Below, piece by piece: positions 59,524 through 63,950 of a DNA stretch of 63,950 nucleotides (its first letter is position 1; each line of letters starts with the position of its first letter). The DNA is from Candidatus Rokuibacteriota bacterium (lineage in GTDB: Bacteria > Methylomirabilota > Methylomirabilia > Rokubacteriales > CSP1-6): positions 1 to 63,950 of the forward strand of contig JBBDXN010000158.1 in NCBI GenBank assembly GCA_040902305.1. The letters run 5' to 3'. A program made the position numbers and the translations under genes. The notes under the pieces were generated by a model that saw only the letters and a list, made by a program, of their open reading frames with translations, searched no databases and was not told where the DNA came from.

Positions 59524-60398
59524 GCGGGATGCCCGAGCGGGTGGTAATCCTCGGCGCGAGCGGCTTCCTCGGCCGGGCGCTCCACACCCGCCTGGCGCAG
59601 GATGCGGTCCCGGTGGTCGCGCATTCGTCTCGCACGCTCGACCTGACGCGGCCCGAGGCCCTGGGAGCGCTCGACGGAGTGCTCGGGCCGGAGACCGCAC
59701 TCGTGTTTGCCGCCGCGCTGACCCCGGACCGCGGCCAGACCCCCGCCACTCTGCTCGCCAATACCGCGATGGCGGCCAACCTTGCCGGCTACCTCGATGG
59801 TCGCCGGCTCGGCCAGGTGGTCTACATCGGCTCCGATGCGGTCTACGGCTTCGGTGCCGAGCCGGTCACCGAGGAGACGCCGGTGGCGCCCGCCGGGTAC
59901 TACGCGATCGGCAAGTACGCGGGGGAGCGGGTGATGGATAGCGTCGCCCGGGCCGGGGGCTACCCGCTGCTCACCCTCCGGGTGACCGGGGTCTACGGGC
60001 CGCGTGATCCCCACGCCTCCTACGGACCGAACGCCTTCGCGCGGTCGCTGGCCCGTGACCGCTGCGTCCGCGTCTTCGGGGCGGGCGAGGAGGAGCGCGA
60101 TCACGTCTATGTGGACGACGCGGCGCGGATCATCGCGGGCCTGCTCCGGATCGGGGCCGCCGGAGTCTACAACGTGGCCAGCGGGCAGAGCCACTCGTTC
60201 GCCGACGTGATCAAGACGATCCGCGATCTCGTGCCCTACGAGTTCGAGGTGGCGAGCACGCCGCGCAAGGGCCCGATCACGCACCGCCGGTTCGATACCC
60301 CCCGGCTGGCTCGGGCCCTTCCCGATCTTCGACTGACTCCGCTGCGGGAGGGCCTGCGGGCCACCCTCGGCGCCTTCGGGGCCATCACGAATGGCTGA
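59520..60398 (+). CDS. NAD-dependent epimerase/reductase (SDR)
   Basis: GASGFLG, SDAVY, YAIGK, RDHVYVDD. Confidence 0.82.
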   Translation: MSGMPERVVILGASGFLGRALHTRLAQDAVPVVAHSSRTLDLTRPEALGALDGVLGPETALVFAAALTPDRGQTPATLLANTAMAANLAGYLDGRRLGQVVYIGSDAVYGFGAEPVTEETPVAPAGYYAIGKYAGERVMDSVARAGGYPLLTLRVTGVYGPRDPHASYGPNAFARSLARDRCVRVFGAGEEERDHVYVDDAARIIAGLLRIGAAGVYNVASGQSHSFADVIKTIRDLVPYEFEVASTPRKGPITHRRFDTPRLARALPDLRLTPLREGLRATLGAFGAITNG

Positions 60399-61044
60399 GG
60401 TCGATCTCCTCGACCGCTACCCGCGGAGTACCCGCGACATCGCGGGCCGCGCGGCGGCCGTCCCGGCCCAGCGCGAGGTGGCGAAGCGATTCGCCCGCGA
60501 GTACTTCGATGGCGACCGGGGCCAAGGCTACGGAGGATATCGATACGACGGGCGCTGGCAGCCGATCGCGGCGCGCATGCGCGACTTCTACGGGCTGCGG
60601 GTCGGTGATCGGGTCCTCGACGTGGGCTGCGCCAAGGGCTTCTTCCTTCACGACCTGCGCCGCGTCGTCGCCGGAGTGTGCGTCGCGGGCCTCGACATCT
60701 CTGCCTATGCCCTGAGCCAGGCCATGGACGACGTCCGGTCCTTCCTCGCTCTTGGCTCGGCGGAGCGGCTGCCGTTCGCGGACAAGACCTTCGACCTGGT
60801 CGTGTCGATCAACACCCTCCACAATCTCGACCGCGCCGACTGCATCCGGGCTCTCGGCGAGATCGAGCGGGTGAGCCGGCGCCATCGCTACGTGCAGGTG
60901 GACTCGTGGCTGAACGACCTTCAACGCGAGAAGTTCGAGCGCTGGCAGCTCACCGCGCTCACGTATTCGGACCCGGAGGGCTGGCGCCGCCTGTTCGGCG
61001 AGGCCGGCTACACCGGCGACTACTACTGGACCGTGACGGAGTGA
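60391..61044 (+). CDS. Class I SAM-dependent methyltransferase
   Basis: VLDVGCAKG, GLDIS, LPFADKTFDLV. Confidence 0.85.
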   Translation: MAEVDLLDRYPRSTRDIAGRAAAVPAQREVAKRFAREYFDGDRGQGYGGYRYDGRWQPIAARMRDFYGLRVGDRVLDVGCAKGFFLHDLRRVVAGVCVAGLDISAYALSQAMDDVRSFLALGSAERLPFADKTFDLVVSINTLHNLDRADCIRALGEIERVSRRHRYVQVDSWLNDLQREKFERWQLTALTYSDPEGWRRLFGEAGYTGDYYWTVTE

Positions 61045-61069
61045 CGGACCGGGCCCGGAGAGGGAGACC

Positions 61070-61741
61070 ATGAAGATCTTCGTCGACTCGGCGAACTTAG
61101 TGGAGATTGAAGAGGCACTGGAGCGAGGATTTCCGTCGGGCATCACCACGAACCCATCGATTCTCGCCAAGGAAGAGAAGGCGGACTTCCGCGAGCACAT
61201 CAAGAAGATAATCGAGCTCGTGCAGCGGTACGGCTACGACATCCCGCTGAGCGTGGAGGTCTTCTCGACCCGCCCGGAGGAGATGATCGCCCAGGCCGAG
61301 GATTTCGTGCGCGACTTCGGCCACTATCCCAACCTCAACGTGAAGGTCCCGGTGGGCTGGGACGAGCTGGCGGTGATCCACGAGCTGCGGCGGCGTGGGA
61401 TCCGGGTTAACTGCACGTGCTGCATGTCCTATGGCCAGGCGGTCATGGCGGCGGCGGCCGGCGCCAACTACGTGAGCCTCTTCTACGGCCGCATCCGCGA
61501 CGTCGGCTACGACGCGGCCTCGGTGGTCCGCGAGGTGCGCGCCACCTTCCGGGAGCGGGCGTTGCCCTGCGAGATCATCGTCGGCAGCATCCGACACATC
61601 GCGGACATCAGCGAGGCCTTCCAGGCCGGCACCGACATCGTGACGGTGCCCCGCAAGTTCTTCCGGCCGATGGTCAGCCATCCCAAGACCGACGAAGCGG
61701 TGCGCCAGTTCGTGACCGACTTCCAGAAGTGGATGCAGTAG
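61070..61741 (+). CDS. Transaldolase (TalC/FSA family)
   Basis: FVDSA, GITTNPS, SVEV, Schiff-base VKVP, SLFYGR. Confidence 0.87.
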   Translation: MKIFVDSANLVEIEEALERGFPSGITTNPSILAKEEKADFREHIKKIIELVQRYGYDIPLSVEVFSTRPEEMIAQAEDFVRDFGHYPNLNVKVPVGWDELAVIHELRRRGIRVNCTCCMSYGQAVMAAAAGANYVSLFYGRIRDVGYDAASVVREVRATFRERALPCEIIVGSIRHIADISEAFQAGTDIVTVPRKFFRPMVSHPKTDEAVRQFVTDFQKWMQ

Positions 61742-62278
61742 ATGAAAGGCCTCGTCCTGGCCGCGGCGGCGTTCCTGTTTCTGGTGACCGGCAGTGCCGT
61801 CGCTCTACGGGTCTATCCCGGCAACAAGGAGTTCAGGGTGTTCCTCGGCGCCTTCGCAGCCGCGGTGGCCGTCTACACCGGGGCCTTCCGCCTCCTGCCC
61901 CCGGATCTGGGCTTCCTTTCCACGGGCTGGATGGAGACCGCGGCCAGCGTCGACTTCTGGAACGGTCTCCTGATCCTGGTGCTGGTGTTCCACGGATACT
62001 GGTGCTTTTCGTATTTCGCGTGCCTGAGCCCGTCCATGGGCGTGATGGTGGCCCTGCGGCTCAAGAGCCGGGAAGGCATGACTCGTGTCGAGGCTCTGGC
62101 GATCCAGGGCAGCGACCAGCCGGTCAACCTCATCTTTCAACGCCGCCTTCCCAAGCTCCTCCAGGGTGGCTACGTGCGGGAAGAGGCGGGAGGCTATCGG
62201 CTCCTGGCCCGGGGCGGGCGAGTCGCGGCGCTCGGGTCCTTTCTGAAGCGCTTGATCAACGCTCAGGTCGGCGCGTAG
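61742..62278 (+). CDS. Hypothetical membrane protein (three TM helices plus winged-helix-like C-terminus)
   Basis: Hydrophobic N-terminus; C-terminal RL..L..GY.......L..RG; abuts the transaldolase gene. Confidence 0.6.
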   Translation: MKGLVLAAAAFLFLVTGSAVALRVYPGNKEFRVFLGAFAAAVAVYTGAFRLLPPDLGFLSTGWMETAASVDFWNGLLILVLVFHGYWCFSYFACLSPSMGVMVALRLKSREGMTRVEALAIQGSDQPVNLIFQRRLPKLLQGGYVREEAGGYRLLARGGRVAALGSFLKRLINAQVGA

Positions 62279-62289
62279 GGAGTCTCCGC

Positions 62290-62814
62290 GTGCTCAAGGG
62301 GCTTGTGCTCAGCGGATCGCTCTTCACGGTCTGGCTCGTCGTGCAGGCGGCGGTGTTCCATCTTGTCGCGCCCCGCAAGACGTTCGGCTCGATGCTGGCG
62401 TGCTTCGCCCCCACGGTTCCGCTGTACGTCTTGCTCTACTGGGTCAGCCCGGTCGATCTGGGATTGCTCTCTTCCCGGTTCGTCGGCGCGGACTGGCGGC
62501 TGGGGTTCGGGAACGGCCTCGCGGTCCACGTGCTGCTCTTCCTGACTGCCGGGCTGTTCTACTCTCACGCCGACCGGTCGATCACGGTCCGGCTCCTGAT
62601 CGAGCTGGCCCGCGCGCCCCAGCAGCGGCTGACGCTGGCGCAGATACAGGCCACCTGCGGGGTGGAGGTGCTGATGCAGGACCGCCTGAACATCATGCTC
62701 GCCAACGGCTTCCTGGTCGCGCGCGGCGACCGGCTCGTGCTCACCCCCAAAGGATGGATCGGCGGCACCGTCGGGCTGGTGGCCCGAAAGATCCTGCGCA
62801 TGAAGGCTCTCTAG
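62290..62814 (+). CDS. Hypothetical membrane protein, paralogue of the upstream gene
   Basis: Shares KGLVL, P.DLG.LS and NGL motifs and the RL...L..GF.......LT.KG C-terminus. Confidence 0.55.
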   Translation: MLKGLVLSGSLFTVWLVVQAAVFHLVAPRKTFGSMLACFAPTVPLYVLLYWVSPVDLGLLSSRFVGADWRLGFGNGLAVHVLLFLTAGLFYSHADRSITVRLLIELARAPQQRLTLAQIQATCGVEVLMQDRLNIMLANGFLVARGDRLVLTPKGWIGGTVGLVARKILRMKAL

Positions 62815-63029
62815 GAGGTGACCGACCTGGACACGATCGTATCGAGGCGGAACGCGGACATTCAGATCTTGCTGCTCGAGCGGGGTGGGTTTCGTGTACA
62901 TCCGAACGGGCGCGGACACTCGCATCCCGCCGTCTCGCTGTCCCTCTCCGCCATGATCTTGCCATCGCTGGTGACCCGGATGGTCGCGATGGCGCTGTTG
63001 TCGAGCCGTCCGGAGGCCTAGCGCACGCC

Positions 63030-63710
63030 GTGCCTCTTCGCTACGCGACCGAGCTCGGGGCCTTCGACCGGATCAAGAACTATCTGGCGTTCCAGGAGCG
63101 GCGGCGGACATTCGAACGATTCATGCGGGAGTGCGCGCCCGGTCCGGAGGCGCGCGTGGCCGACTTCGGGGTCTCCGGACATCGCGATCACCCGGTGCAC
63201 TACTTCTTCGAGAGCCTATACCCGCACCGCGAGCAGCTCACCGTGATCGGGCGAGCAGCGGAGGAAGCAGGTTGGTTCACGGAGGCGTTTCCGGGATTGC
63301 ACTTCCTGGAGGCTGATCTTCGCCAGATTCCGCTTCCCGACGGGTACTTCGACTACGGGATTTGCAACGCGGTGGTCGAGCACGCGGGAACGCGCGACCA
63401 GCAGAGGACCCTCGTGGCGGAGGTCTGCCGGGTCTGCCGGTGCGTTCTCTTCACTACACCCAACAAGTGGTTTCCCCTCGAGCTGCACACCTGGTTGCCG
63501 CTACTCCACTGGCTGCCTGATGCGGCATACCGGGCTACCCTCCGGCGACTCGACCTCGGCCACTTCGCCGAGATCGAGAACCTGAATCTGCTGGATGCCC
63601 CGTCGTTCCTCTCACTGTTCCCCGCTTCGCGCCGGAACCGGTTACATCGGGCTGGTCTTCCGCTGCTGCGTTCCAATCTCGTCTGCATCTCGCAAGACGT
63701 CCACGCTTAA
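63030..63710 (+). CDS. Class I SAM-dependent methyltransferase
   Basis: VADFGVS, IPLPDGYFD...CNAVVEH, TTPNKWFP.E.H; start estimated at GTG 63030. Confidence 0.75.
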   Translation: MPLRYATELGAFDRIKNYLAFQERRRTFERFMRECAPGPEARVADFGVSGHRDHPVHYFFESLYPHREQLTVIGRAAEEAGWFTEAFPGLHFLEADLRQIPLPDGYFDYGICNAVVEHAGTRDQQRTLVAEVCRVCRCVLFTTPNKWFPLELHTWLPLLHWLPDAAYRATLRRLDLGHFAEIENLNLLDAPSFLSLFPASRRNRLHRAGLPLLRSNLVCISQDVHA

Positions 63711-63950
63711 GGCTCCGGCGAGCCTAATCCGGGCCGGACCGGCCCAATGGCGCGCCGTGGCGGCCTGAAAGTCATGTGCAGCATGCTCCGCTCGCAGTTT
63801 GCGCCCGAACGCCGGGGGCGTGTCACGTCACGGAATGCTGACGGCCAGGTTGCGCTTAGAGAAAAATACGTTTCGAGACGGCGACGTGCCGGCTTCTAGC
63901 CCCAATCCGAAAATAACTTTGGTGTAGGGAAACCTTGATCAACGAGAAAC

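Noticed and set aside
62818-63021. 67-aa ORF between the membrane paralogues and the last methyltransferase
   Set aside because: No recognisable motif and the AGGAGG overlaps the putative start codon; cannot be supported as a gene
63711-63950. Lower-GC tail of the window as a possible island boundary
   Set aside because: Too short and truncated; equally consistent with an ordinary promoter region

Overview
Very GC-rich bacterial window; the gene style suggests Candidatus Rokubacteria/Methylomirabilota, but that is an unverified impression. (1) 1-15.5 kb: 3' end of tuf followed by a complete, canonically ordered S10-spc-alpha ribosomal protein superoperon with secY, adk, map, infA, rpmJ, rpoA and rplQ. 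uL4 has a 60-aa tail containing a palindrome, and RpoA has a divergent N-terminal domain. (2) 15.5-22.5 kb, minus strand: trxA, trpE, trpG, thiL, two tandem CNNM/CBS proteins, an intergenic 36-bp direct repeat and a dienelactone hydrolase. (3) 22.9-38.2 kb, the most interesting region: behind a candidate sigma54 promoter, one operon joins a type IV pilus-class chemosensory core (CheY/PilH, CheW, MCP, two-Hpt CheA-REC) to a pseudo-receiver-DUF4388 protein, a receiver-roadblock fusion, a 965-aa membrane protein with a duplicated 121-aa domain and two roadblock-like domains, MglA, MglB and a PilB ATPase with TPR-like and MshEN N-terminal modules. A convergent pair of genes adds a TPR-roadblock and a stand-alone roadblock protein, giving about six roadblock-type domains around one small GTPase. 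This looks like an integrated polarity/motility switch. (4) 38.3-49.6 kb: GT-C-type membrane proteins, hydantoinase/oxoprolinase A and B, a coupled CADD-like diiron enzyme-Rieske ferredoxin-GlcG trio, and purE. (5) 49.9-63.7 kb: a nucleotide-sugar operon whose gene set (transaldolase, GmhA, GmhB, kinase/nucleotidyltransferase, SDRs, Gfo/Idh/MocA, a Cys-less UDP-glucose dehydrogenase homologue) parallels the lincosamide octose pathway, plus a TPP E1 alpha/beta pair and methyltransferases. No rRNA, tRNA, transposase or cas gene was seen. All family assignments come from recognising motifs by eye; no database searches were run.
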